A stretch of DNA of 48,831 nt from Minisyncoccota bacterium (GCA_035545915.1 DASZXL010000022.1:1-48831), one strand, 5' to 3'. Positions 36,970 through 45,596 are shown, counted from the first letter of the stretch. Program-made: numbers and translations. Notes: generated by a model from the sequence alone, not told the origin.

Positions 36970-37956
36970 ATGGCACTCATCGGAAAGGCATCTCCGGAAG
37001 ACGTTAACCTACATCCGCTCCGCTACAAGTGGGCGTACGAGCTCTATAATCAGGCGGTCAGGAACACGTGGTTCCCGCACGAGATCGCCCTCAAAGAAGA
37101 CCTCGACGACTGGGCGAAAATGACCGAGGACGAACGACATGCCGTCAAATTCCTCATGGCGTTCTTCAACCCGGCGGAACTCATCGTGAACCGCTCCATC
37201 GCTCTCGGCGTCTATCCATACCTTAAATCGCCGGAATGCCATCTCTATCTCGCGAAGCAGATGTGGGAGGAGGCGAATCATTGCGTTGCGTTCGAATACG
37301 TACTCGAAACCTTCCCGTTCGATAGGGAGAAGATATACAACGTCCACCTCGAGGTGCCTTCGATGCAGGCCAAAGAAGCCTTCATCACGAAATACATGAA
37401 GCGCATGATGGACGATACGATCGATATCGATTCACCTGACGGCAAGAAGGACTTCATCCGAAACCTCGTCGCGACCAACATCGTGATGGAAGGCATCTGG
37501 TTCTATTCGGGTTTCATGGTTGCGCTTTCATTCCGCCAGAGGAATCAGCTCCGAAACTTCGGCTCGATGATCAATTGGGTCATTCGCGACGAATCGCTCC
37601 ACCTTAAATTCGGTATGAATCTCGTACATAACATCCTCGAGGAGAATGCGGAGCTTTTGACCGAGGAATTCGCGACCGAGATCAGGGACATCATCATCGA
37701 AGGCGTGAACTTGGAGGTCAATTACAACAAAGACCTCTTCCCGAACGGCATTCTTGGTCTCAACGCCGATTATGTGAATCAGTACGTGATGTACGTCTGC
37801 GACCGACGTCTCGAAGAGCTCGGCCTGCCGAAATACTACAACGCTACCAATCCTGCGAAATGGATGGCGACGTCGACCGACGTATTCGAGCTCGTTAACT
37901 TCTTCGAAGCCCAGAATACGAGCTACGAAGTGGACTCCGGCCACGGCAAGAAATAG
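36970..37956 (+). CDS. nrdB: Ribonucleotide reductase beta subunit, class Ic (R2c-like) signature
   Basis: The ATG at 36970 (MALIGKASPED) is preferred over the track start at 36880, which overlaps nrdA. Ligand motifs: FFNPAELIV (Glu where class Ia has Asp), WEEANHCVAFEY (ExxH followed by Phe at the radical-Tyr position), VMEGIWFYSGF, IRDESLHLKFG. Confidence 0.88.
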   Translation: MALIGKASPEDVNLHPLRYKWAYELYNQAVRNTWFPHEIALKEDLDDWAKMTEDERHAVKFLMAFFNPAELIVNRSIALGVYPYLKSPECHLYLAKQMWEEANHCVAFEYVLETFPFDREKIYNVHLEVPSMQAKEAFITKYMKRMMDDTIDIDSPDGKKDFIRNLVATNIVMEGIWFYSGFMVALSFRQRNQLRNFGSMINWVIRDESLHLKFGMNLVHNILEENAELLTEEFATEIRDIIIEGVNLEVNYNKDLFPNGILGLNADYVNQYVMYVCDRRLEELGLPKYYNATNPAKWMATSTDVFELVNFFEAQNTSYEVDSGHGKK

Positions 37957-37969
37957 GGCCCGGGGCTTA

Positions 37970-37998
37970 TTGACTTATAGCATTAAATATGCTATACT
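37970..37998 (+). promoter_or_regulatory. Sigma70-type promoter TTGACT-17-TATACT
   Basis: The -35 is at 37970-37975 and the -10 at 37993-37998. It predicts a ~100 nt leader for the ORF at 38104. Confidence 0.6.
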
Positions 37999-38103
37999 TG
38001 ACCTGTAAGCTCTTTGAAGCGCCGTAACATCAATTTCACACGACGCTGCGTTCGAGATAATCGGCATTACGCCGAACCCCGAACGCGAACAATAGAAGGA
38101 ACC

Positions 38104-38526
38104 ATGAGTCCAACCATGACCTTTATGGCTGAAGGAGAACTCTCAGCGTCTCTCGATGACCTCATCGAGAAAGGCAAGTACTGGATGGTCCATATGATGA
38201 TCCAGGAGCGGCTGGCAAGCAAGCGTCTGATCGTCTCCGGCACGCGGCCGAGACTTTTCGATCTCGGCAAGCGTTCGCCCAAGGAAGCGGCCAAGATCAT
38301 CATGACCGAAGGCTATATCCCGGGCACGATCGGAGACCTCGTCTATTTCGGGAGGAACAATCCTTTCGCGTGGATGTGCCGATCAGTCGTGGCGCCGGGA
38401 ACCGTGCACAGCAATATGTCTCCCTATATCGTCTCGTTCAGGCTCGCTCCCTGGAAGCGAATGCTCGATCTGGGCTCCTATCATCGGGAATTCGAGAAAG
38501 GCGTGTATCTCGGCGTGAAGCCCTGA
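38104..38526 (+). CDS. Hypothetical protein (140 aa), orphan
   Basis: The ATG at 38104 is preceded by GAAGGAA with a short 3-4 nt spacer. The track TTG start at 38014 is rejected. It has its own promoter and terminator. No family recognised. Confidence 0.5.
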   Translation: MSPTMTFMAEGELSASLDDLIEKGKYWMVHMMIQERLASKRLIVSGTRPRLFDLGKRSPKEAAKIIMTEGYIPGTIGDLVYFGRNNPFAWMCRSVVAPGTVHSNMSPYIVSFRLAPWKRMLDLGSYHREFEKGVYLGVKP

Positions 38527-38546
38527 CCCGCCGATCGCTCCCTCGT

Positions 38547-38580
38547 AAGCCGCATCTTCATCGATGCGGTTTTCTTTTTG
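38547..38580 (+). terminator. Rho-independent terminator
   Basis: The stem ccgcatc/gatgcgg has a 6-nt loop and is followed by ttttcttttt. Confidence 0.65.
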
Positions 38581-38610
38581 AAAAGAAAGATCCCGCCTGT
38601 AGGCGGGATC
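38581..38610 (-). terminator. Rho-independent terminator of rnpB (minus strand)
   Basis: The stem gatcccgcc/ggcgggatc has a 4-nt loop and is followed on the minus strand by tttcttttc. Confidence 0.65.
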
Positions 38611-38611
38611 C

Positions 38612-38895
38612 TCCGTGCTGCTGTACCTATAAGCCGAATTTTGTTATCGACGGCCATTTATCTGGGACCGATGTCGCCACCGGCCTCGAGCGGCTCTCCG
38701 TCTTGCGACGGCGCGGCCTTGCACATAGGTAAGAATTTTGCCGTTTCACCCCGGCTTGCGCCGGACTCGTCTCTGTTCTCATCTCTCGGATTACTCCGGA
38801 CGGGCGTTACCCGCTACCGTGCTCCGTCTTTCAACGGATGTGTTCGGACTTTCCTCCCGATGGCCGAAGCCATCGAGCGGCCGTCCGGTACAGGC
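38612..38895 (-). ncRNA. rnpB: RNase P RNA (bacterial), unusually compact; ends +/-10 nt
   Basis: The minus strand carries GGAGGAAAGTCCGAACAC (38857-38845 region, the P4 5' strand with a bulged U) and ACAAAATTCGGCTTAT (38644-38631, the P4 3' strand). Other elements seen:
- P1: CTGTACC/GGTACAG.
- P2: GACGGCC/GGCCGTC.
- P3: hairpin with a UUCG loop.
- P8-like GCGGGTAACGCCCG and P9-like CCGGAGTAATCCGA.
- AACAGAGA and AGATAAATG.
- Two GCAA tetraloop hairpins.
It has its own promoter and terminator. Confidence 0.85.
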
Positions 38896-38901
38896 CTCTC
38901 G

Positions 38902-38930
38902 TTTATACACCGATTATCGATAAAAGCCAA
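38902..38930 (-). promoter_or_regulatory. Promoter of rnpB: TTGGCT-17-TATAAA
   Basis: The -35 is plus-strand agccaa at 38925-38930 and the -10 is plus-strand tttata at 38902-38907. The predicted TSS (~38895) coincides with the start of P1. Confidence 0.55.
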
Positions 38931-38942
38931 GACCGCGAGGCG

Positions 38943-38971
38943 TTGTAGGGCATGGGACGATTTTATATAAT
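38943..38971 (+). promoter_or_regulatory. Candidate promoter TTGTAG-17-TATAAT for the gene at 39031
   Basis: The -35 is at 38943-38948 and the -10 at 38966-38971. It is divergent from the rnpB promoter. Confidence 0.45.
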
Positions 38972-39030
38972 GGATTCCGCAACGTAAGTTTTCGAAAGCA
39001 TTATTCGCGACCTTTTTTAGAGACCAAACC

Positions 39031-41361
39031 ATGACACCGACCGCCTCATCGAAGCTCGACAGGATAGCGTTCTACGCTCTCCAGGCGACGCTTTTCCTCG
39101 CACCCGTCTTTTTTATCCCTTCGATGTCCGTCCCGCTCCAGACGGGCAAGTCGGCGGTCCTTCTTATCGGCATAACGATAGCCGTCGCGGTCTGGCTCAT
39201 CGCTCGACTGAAGGACGGCGCGTTCTCATGGCCTAAGACCTGGCTCTATGCCGGCGCGGGCATCCTCGGTCTCGTATACGCGGTGTCGGCCCTCGCTTCG
39301 GCCAACCAGGCCGCATCGCTCTCGGGACAGGGCTTTGAATTGGGCACGCTCGCTTTCTTCCTTCCGTCGCTTGTCCTTTTTATGCTCATCCCGATCGTGA
39401 CTAAGACGGAGAAGCAGGTCTTCTATTCGTACGTGACGCTCTTCATAGCGTTCCTCGTCGCAGGCCTCTTCCACGTCATCCGCTTCGCGGGCGGCGCCGG
39501 CACCCTCTCGTTCGGCCTCTTCACCGACGTCACGGCGAACTTCATCGGCAAATGGAACGACGTCGGCATATTCTTCGGTCTGGGCGCGATCCTCTCCCTC
39601 ATTACGCTCGAAAGGACTCCGCTTTCGAGGCTCCTTAAGACGATCGTCTATATCGTCTTCGTCCTCTCGCTCGTCATGCTCGTCGTGGTCAACTTCTCGC
39701 CGGTCTGGATCGCGCTCGCCGTCCTCTCGCTCGTATTCTTCATATACGAGCTCTCCTACGGCAAGCGCTCTGACGGCGCGACCCGAGGCAATCTCGGCAC
39801 CCGCATCCCGTATCATACCCTCATCACGCTCGTCGTCGCCGCCATATTCCTATTCTTCGGCGGCAGGATGAGCTCTCTCATAGCGAATACGCTCGGCACG
39901 TCTCAGGTCGAGGTCCGTCCTTCCTGGTCTGCCACGCTCGACATCACCAAGGCGGCGCTCAAGGATAATCCGATACTTGGCGCCGGCCCGAACCGCTTCG
40001 CGACCGAATGGCTTATGAACAAGCCTGCCGGCATCAATAGCACGCTCTTCTGGAATACGGACTTCGCCTACGGCATCGGCTTCATACCGAGCCTCGCAAC
40101 GACGACGGGTCTCCTCGGCATACTTGCGGCGCTATTCTTCGTAGGCACGTTCGCGTGGACGGCCGTCAGGGCCTTGCTCAAGGAGGGCTCATCGCCTTTC
40201 TCCCGCTATCTCGTGCTCTCGTCCCTGTTCGCGTCCGCATATCTCTGGATATTCGCCGCGATTTACGTCCCTTCGAACGCTATCTGGATACTGACCCTCG
40301 GCGTTTCAGGCCTCTTCGTCGCTTCGCTTCGAGAGGATAAGGCTCTCGGTACGAGGCATATATCGATCGTGAATCGCCCGGCCGCTTCGTTCGTATCGGT
40401 TCTCGTGTCGGTGATCGCTCTCATCGGCGCGGTATCGTTCGGCTATTTCGTCGCGGTAAAGACGGTCGCCAATATCTATTACCAGAAAGGCGTCGTCGCT
40501 CTCAATGCGACGAGCGACCTCGATAAAGGGGAGGCGGACGTCCTGAACGCGATATCGCTCTCGCCGACGCCTCTCTATTATCAGTCGCTCTCCGAGATCT
40601 ATCTCGCCCGCCTCAATAATCTCTTCAACGACACCAAGATCACTCAGACCGATGCCCAGACCAAGTTCCAGAGCCTTATAGGCACGGCTATCCAGGCGGC
40701 GCAGGCGGCGGTCGCGGCTGATCCGACGGATTATAAGAACTATATGACGCTCGGCCGCGTATTCGAGTCTGTGGTGCCGCTCAATATCGAGGGCGCATAC
40801 GATAGCGCCAAGAAGGCCTACGATCAGGCGCTCGCCCTCAACCCTCAGAGCCCTGAGATACGCCTCGTCATGGCCCGTCTCGAGGTCGCTAAGAAGGACA
40901 ATGAGGCGGCGAAGGCCGACATCGCTGAGGCATTGAAGCTCAAGAGCGATTATGCCGACGCTATATACCTCCTCTCTCAGATCCAGATCTCCGAGAACGA
41001 TGTGGACGAGGCGATCAAATCCGTCTCGGCTGTGGCGACGCTCTCGCCGTCGGATCCGGGCATATTCTTCCAGCTCGGCCTCCTCTATTACAGCAAGAAG
41101 GACTATCCGAACTCGGTCCTCGCTCTCGAGCGCGCCGTGTCGCTTAATTCTCAGTACGCCAACGCGAAATACTTCCTCGGTCTCGCATACTACCTCACCG
41201 GTAGCAAAGATAAGTCGCTTTCGGAATTCCAGGAGCTTTCCGTATCGAATCCTGATAGCCAAGAGGTGAAGGACGCTCTCGCGGCCCTTGCCGCAGGCAA
41301 GTCGCCGGTCCCGGCCCCATCGTCGGCGGTGAATAAGCCTTTGCCTGTTAAAGAGCAATAA
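39031..41361 (+). CDS. Polytopic membrane protein with C-terminal TPR repeats; divergent WaaL/Wzy_C-like paralogue lacking the H-x-H-N motif
   Basis: 776 aa with the same architecture as 20453..22630. ILGAGPNRFATEW aligns with GWGQENFNYIF. The region aligned to DHAHNSVLDWLVAGG reads DFAYGIGFIPSLATTTG. Clear TPRs are present (AKKAYDQALALNPQSPE, AIKSVSAVATLSPSDP, ALERAVSLNSQYANAKYFLGLAYY). Confidence 0.55.
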   Translation: MTPTASSKLDRIAFYALQATLFLAPVFFIPSMSVPLQTGKSAVLLIGITIAVAVWLIARLKDGAFSWPKTWLYAGAGILGLVYAVSALASANQAASLSGQGFELGTLAFFLPSLVLFMLIPIVTKTEKQVFYSYVTLFIAFLVAGLFHVIRFAGGAGTLSFGLFTDVTANFIGKWNDVGIFFGLGAILSLITLERTPLSRLLKTIVYIVFVLSLVMLVVVNFSPVWIALAVLSLVFFIYELSYGKRSDGATRGNLGTRIPYHTLITLVVAAIFLFFGGRMSSLIANTLGTSQVEVRPSWSATLDITKAALKDNPILGAGPNRFATEWLMNKPAGINSTLFWNTDFAYGIGFIPSLATTTGLLGILAALFFVGTFAWTAVRALLKEGSSPFSRYLVLSSLFASAYLWIFAAIYVPSNAIWILTLGVSGLFVASLREDKALGTRHISIVNRPAASFVSVLVSVIALIGAVSFGYFVAVKTVANIYYQKGVVALNATSDLDKGEADVLNAISLSPTPLYYQSLSEIYLARLNNLFNDTKITQTDAQTKFQSLIGTAIQAAQAAVAADPTDYKNYMTLGRVFESVVPLNIEGAYDSAKKAYDQALALNPQSPEIRLVMARLEVAKKDNEAAKADIAEALKLKSDYADAIYLLSQIQISENDVDEAIKSVSAVATLSPSDPGIFFQLGLLYYSKKDYPNSVLALERAVSLNSQYANAKYFLGLAYYLTGSKDKSLSEFQELSVSNPDSQEVKDALAALAAGKSPVPAPSSAVNKPLPVKEQ

Positions 41362-41367
41362 GGACCT

Positions 41368-41391
41368 GCCGCGCGCCCTCGGGCGCGCGGC
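41368..41391 (+). terminator. GC-only hairpin between the TPR gene and murJ (attenuator/processing site or weak terminator; no U-tract)
   Basis: The stem gccgcgcgc/gcgcgcggc has 9-10 bp and ends 6 nt before the murJ ATG. Confidence 0.3.
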
Positions 41392-41397
41392 CCCGTT

Positions 41398-43089
41398 ATG
41401 GTAAAGCGCATCCTCTCATTCGTCGGTCGCGAGATAAGCGGTCTCCATGAGGCCGCGTATCTCCTTGCCGGGTCCGCGGCGGCGTCCCTCGCATTCGCTC
41501 TCGTCCGCGACAGGCTCTTGGCCCATATATTGGGCGCATCGCCGGCACTCGACGTCTACTATGCGGCTTTCCGCGTGCCGGACTTCATATTCGTCGCGGT
41601 TGCGTCATTGGTATCGACGTCGATACTCGTGCCGTTCTTGATCGAGAGCAGGGAAAAAGAGGCGGGCGGAATGGCAGGGGAGCTCCGATACTCCATCCAG
41701 AGCCTTTTCTCGGCATTTTTCGTTCTCATCGTCATCGTGTGCTCGGTCGCATTCTTCCTCATGCCGTGGCTCGATCGTACGCTCTTTCCGAAGCTCTTCG
41801 AAGCAGGGCTCGGCGACACGCTCGTGACGACGTCGCGGCTCCTCCTTCTGTCGCCGGTGCTTCTGGGCTTCTCGTCGTTCTTCGCGTCCATAACTCAGAT
41901 CCAGAACAGGTTCATGGTGTATGCCGTGTCATACCCTCTCTACAACGTGGGCATCATCGCCGGCATCCTGTTTCTCCTGCCGAATATGGGCGTGTCGGGA
42001 CTGGCCGTAGGCGTCATATTCGGCGCGCTTCTCCTGTCCCTGACCCAGATACCTCTCGTCATCAAAGACGGACTCTTTCCGCGCTTCACGCTCCGATTCG
42101 ACTGGGCCAAGGTCAAGCGCGTCGCGGCATTGTCCGTGCCGCGCACGATCACGCTGTCGTCCCAGCAATTGACGAATCTCGGCCTGGTCTCGTTCGCGTC
42201 GTTTCTGGGCGCCGGTTCGATATCGATATTCAACTTGGCATTGAATCTTCAGTCGGTGCCGCTTTCCATCATCGGAGCGAGCTATTCGTCCGCGGCATTT
42301 CCCGTCTTGGCGAAGCTCATGGCGCAGAAAGAGAGGGAAGCGTTCGTAGGGAAGATGATATCGGCCGCCAAGCACGTCATATTCTGGTCTATACCGATCA
42401 CGATCCTGTTCATCGTCCTACGCGCACAGATCGTGCGCGTGGTTTTAGGCACGGGCCAATTCACGTGGTCTGACACGCGGCTCACGGCGGCTGCGCTGGC
42501 GCTCTTCGTCATATCGTCGTTCGGCCAGAGCCTCATGCTCCTCTTCGTCCGTTCGTTCTATGCCGAAGGGAAGACGGCCAAACCTTTGGTCATCAATGTC
42601 ATATCGATGGTCGTCACCGTCGGCCTCGGCTTCGGTCTGGTCAAGCTCTATCATGCGGCGCCGTCGTTCGCGTATTTCGTTCAATCCCTCCTCCGTACCG
42701 ACGGCACCTCCGATTCCTCGGTCCTGATGCTGCCTCTCGCATTCTCGATCGGCGCGCTTCTCAACCTGTGGCTCCACTGGCGATCGTTCTCCCGCGAATT
42801 TCCCGGATTCACCAAGCCCGTCATGACGACGATGTGGCATTCGATCGGCGCATCAGTTATCGGCGGCTATGCGGCATATCTGTCGCTCGGATTCTTCGAC
42901 GGCATATTCGGCCTTACGACCCTCCTCGGCGTATTCCTTCAGGGACTCTGCGCCGGTCTCATCGGCATCATAGCGATCGTCCTTGTCCTCAAGGCCATGA
43001 AGTCGCCCGAGATGAAGGACATTCACGAGGCCGTCGCCAACAAAGTCTGGCGCGTGGATAAGGCGAGTTTGGACAAGCTACCTTCATAG
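41398..43089 (+). CDS. murJ: Lipid II flippase MurJ (MviN family)
   Basis: 563 aa with ~14 TM segments. N-terminal motif: LVRDRLLAHILGASPALDVYYAAFRVPDFIF. Confidence 0.85.
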   Translation: MVKRILSFVGREISGLHEAAYLLAGSAAASLAFALVRDRLLAHILGASPALDVYYAAFRVPDFIFVAVASLVSTSILVPFLIESREKEAGGMAGELRYSIQSLFSAFFVLIVIVCSVAFFLMPWLDRTLFPKLFEAGLGDTLVTTSRLLLLSPVLLGFSSFFASITQIQNRFMVYAVSYPLYNVGIIAGILFLLPNMGVSGLAVGVIFGALLLSLTQIPLVIKDGLFPRFTLRFDWAKVKRVAALSVPRTITLSSQQLTNLGLVSFASFLGAGSISIFNLALNLQSVPLSIIGASYSSAAFPVLAKLMAQKEREAFVGKMISAAKHVIFWSIPITILFIVLRAQIVRVVLGTGQFTWSDTRLTAAALALFVISSFGQSLMLLFVRSFYAEGKTAKPLVINVISMVVTVGLGFGLVKLYHAAPSFAYFVQSLLRTDGTSDSSVLMLPLAFSIGALLNLWLHWRSFSREFPGFTKPVMTTMWHSIGASVIGGYAAYLSLGFFDGIFGLTTLLGVFLQGLCAGLIGIIAIVLVLKAMKSPEMKDIHEAVANKVWRVDKASLDKLPS

Positions 43090-43151
43090 GAGGTCTCAAA
43101 TACGGCCTCAATTAGCGTTTTAAGGCCAAATGTGGTACTTTAAGGCCCTCT

Positions 43152-44993
43152 ATGGATATCTCCCGCATCCGCAATTTCTCCATAATCGCCCATATAGATC
43201 ACGGCAAGTCGACGCTTGCCGACCGTTTGCTCGAGATCACGGGTACGATCGAGAAGCGCAAGATGCAGGAGCAGGTGCTTGACTCGATGGAACTCGAGCG
43301 CGAGCGCGGCATCACGATCAAGATGCAGCCGGTGCGCATGAAGTTCTCTATTCCCGCGGGAGAATCGGGCGCGGGAGATTACGTCATGAATCTCATCGAT
43401 ACGCCGGGGCATATCGACTTTTCGTACGAAGTATCCCGCGCGCTCAAGGCCGTCGAAGGCTCGATCCTCCTCGTCGATGCGACGCAGGGCGTCCAGGCGC
43501 AGACCTTGACCACGCTCAACATGGCGCGCGAATCGGGGCTCGTCATCGTGCCTGTCGTCTCGAAGATAGACTCTCCCCTCGCTCGAACGGATGAGGTCAA
43601 GGTAGAGATCGCCCAGCTTTTGAATATCGATCTCGATTCTATCCTCGGCGTGTCGGGCAAGACGGGCGAGGGCGTGCCGGAGCTTCTGAAAGAGCTCGTG
43701 AAGCGTGTCCCTGCGCCGAAAACGGAATTGAATTCGGGCCAGGGTGCTGCAAAAGACTTCCGCTCCATCGTCTTCGATTTCCAGTATTCGAACCACCGAG
43801 GCGTGACCGTGTACACGCGCGTCATGGACGGCTCGGTCAAAAAAGGCGATACGCTTCGCTTCCGCGTCGCGGACGAGACGTTCATAGCGAACGAAGTGGG
43901 TATTTTCTCGCCGGATGAGACGCCGCGCGACGCGCTTTCGGCCGGCGAGATCGGCTACATCGTCACGGGTGTCAAAGAGCCGGGTATCGCATCGGTCGGC
44001 GATACCATCACGCTCGATAAAAGTACGCTCGCGCCGCTTTCCGGATACATGAAGCCGTCGCCCGTCGTCTGGGCGTCTATATATCCCGAGAGTCAGGACG
44101 ATCTGACCATGCTTCGGCAGGCGTTGGGCCGCCTTTCGCTTTCCGACTCGGCATTTACGTATGAAGAAGAGTCTTCGGGCACCTTAGGCCGCGGTTTCAG
44201 GTGCGGATTCCTCGGCATGCTCCATTTGGAGATCATCACGGAGCGATTGAGGCGCGAATTCAGCCTTAATCTGGTCGTCACGACGCCGTCCATCACCTAT
44301 GAGGTCACGTTCAGGAACGGCAAGAAGGATATCATCTATTCTCCGCCGCTTTTTCCTGACGAAGGCGAGATAGTCCGCATCGAAGAGCCCTGGGTGGAGC
44401 TCAAGATCATCACGCCGAACGACTATATCGGGGCTTTGACGCAGACCATATTCGAGCACGAAGGCTCGTGCGATCACATGGATACGTGGGGACCGCAGAA
44501 CGGAAACAGGACGGTCATGACCGTTAACATGCCTTTGCGCGAGCTCATGAGGAACTTCTTCGACAGCGTGAAATCGGTGACTGCCGGTTACGCGTCCATC
44601 TCGTATAAACAGCAGGGCATGAAGGTCGCCGACGTGCAGCGTCTTGATATTTTGATCGGCGAGGAAGTCGTTCCCGCATTCACCCGCATCGTCGCGACCG
44701 GCAAGGCATATGAGGAGGCTGAAGCCGCCGTCACCAAGCTGGAAGAGATATTGCCGAAGCAGATGTTTGTGACCAAGATCCAGGGCAAGGCAGGCGGACG
44801 CATATTAGCGTCGCGCCAGAAGGCGGCTCTCAAAAAGACCGTTACCGCGCATCTCTCGGGCGGCGATATCTCGCGCAAGAAAAAGCTCTGGAATATCCAA
44901 AAAGAGGGCAAAAAGCGCATGATGGAGCGCGGCCAGGGAGATATAAATATCCCGCAGGAAGTCTTCGTCAAAATGATGAGGATGGGGGAATAG
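43152..44993 (+). CDS. lepA: Elongation factor 4 (LepA)
   Basis: 613 aa. Motifs: IRNFSIIAHIDHGKSTLADRLLE, LIDTPGHIDFSYEVSR, SKID, FRCGFLGMLHLEII. Confidence 0.95.
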   Translation: MDISRIRNFSIIAHIDHGKSTLADRLLEITGTIEKRKMQEQVLDSMELERERGITIKMQPVRMKFSIPAGESGAGDYVMNLIDTPGHIDFSYEVSRALKAVEGSILLVDATQGVQAQTLTTLNMARESGLVIVPVVSKIDSPLARTDEVKVEIAQLLNIDLDSILGVSGKTGEGVPELLKELVKRVPAPKTELNSGQGAAKDFRSIVFDFQYSNHRGVTVYTRVMDGSVKKGDTLRFRVADETFIANEVGIFSPDETPRDALSAGEIGYIVTGVKEPGIASVGDTITLDKSTLAPLSGYMKPSPVVWASIYPESQDDLTMLRQALGRLSLSDSAFTYEEESSGTLGRGFRCGFLGMLHLEIITERLRREFSLNLVVTTPSITYEVTFRNGKKDIIYSPPLFPDEGEIVRIEEPWVELKIITPNDYIGALTQTIFEHEGSCDHMDTWGPQNGNRTVMTVNMPLRELMRNFFDSVKSVTAGYASISYKQQGMKVADVQRLDILIGEEVVPAFTRIVATGKAYEEAEAAVTKLEEILPKQMFVTKIQGKAGGRILASRQKAALKKTVTAHLSGGDISRKKKLWNIQKEGKKRMMERGQGDINIPQEVFVKMMRMGE

Positions 44994-45014
44994 GGCGGTG
45001 CCGGCAAGGCTCGG

Positions 45015-45042
45015 TTGACGAGGGTTTAAATGCGTGTAGATT
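45015..45042 (+). promoter_or_regulatory. Candidate promoter TTGACG-16-TAGATT
   Basis: The -35 is at 45015-45020 and the -10 at 45037-45042. It gives a ~30 nt C-rich leader without an SD for the ORF at 45080. Confidence 0.35.
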
Positions 45043-45079
45043 TGGTATCAAACCCCTCAACCTCAACCCTGTTCCTCAT

Positions 45080-45586
45080 ATGCACGATATCCGCAATACC
45101 CTCGAGGCGCTTCAAAGGCGCCTCGATCACCATGAAAAGCACGTCATCCTCGTCGGCGAAGCCCTGACAGCCCTGAAGGAGAGCGGCTCCAGCCTTCCCA
45201 ACGCCGTCGTCTTCGAAGTCCACTGTCAAAAGGACAGTCCCAATAACTGGGCTTTGAGAGAGGACGGCGAAGACCTCTCTCTGACCATAGGACGGGCGAC
45301 GCAGGCCCTTGTCTCTGCGAGGAAGCTCCCCGCGGGCGCTCGCTGCGTCTTTGAGCTCTTTCTCCGGATCGGCGATTTCCGGGTCGCCGTCCTTCCGGAG
45401 GACGCTCGAGATCTCGTCCGCGCCCTCTGCCCGGAGCTATCGGTGGGCGGCGAGATTGATTTCGATCTCGATCGCCGGCTCAAAGACGGCGTCGCTCCCA
45501 TGGTCTTCGGACCCGGCGTGGAGCCGCCGGGCTGGTATCAGTGGAAACACTTTCCGGTCTTGGCCAATAGTCACTGGAAGAGCTGA
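45080..45586 (+). CDS. Hypothetical protein (168 aa), orphan
   Basis: A long ORF with codon style like its neighbours, followed by a strong terminator. No family recognised. Confidence 0.5.
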   Translation: MHDIRNTLEALQRRLDHHEKHVILVGEALTALKESGSSLPNAVVFEVHCQKDSPNNWALREDGEDLSLTIGRATQALVSARKLPAGARCVFELFLRIGDFRVAVLPEDARDLVRALCPELSVGGEIDFDLDRRLKDGVAPMVFGPGVEPPGWYQWKHFPVLANSHWKS

Positions 45587-45596
45587 TACAGAAGAA

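Noticed and set aside
38370-39032. Four track ORFs: 38370..38732 (+), 38578..38970 (+), 38738..38923 (+) and 38814..39032 (-).
   Set aside because: They overlap the RNase P RNA gene and its promoter and terminator. The region is explained by rnpB.
40306-41358. A 350-aa ORF antisense to the TPR region of the 39031 gene. The same applies to 16103..16900, 21953..22648, 43140..43796 and 20651..21250.
   Set aside because: All are opposite genes with clear motifs. Their composition is typical of antisense translation, and none has independent start signals.
43119-43147. A direct repeat of TTTAAGGCC, spaced 20 nt apart, upstream of lepA.
   Set aside because: The second copy probably just supplies the AAGG Shine-Dalgarno 6 nt before the ATG. 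One extra 9-mer copy is not enough to call an operator.
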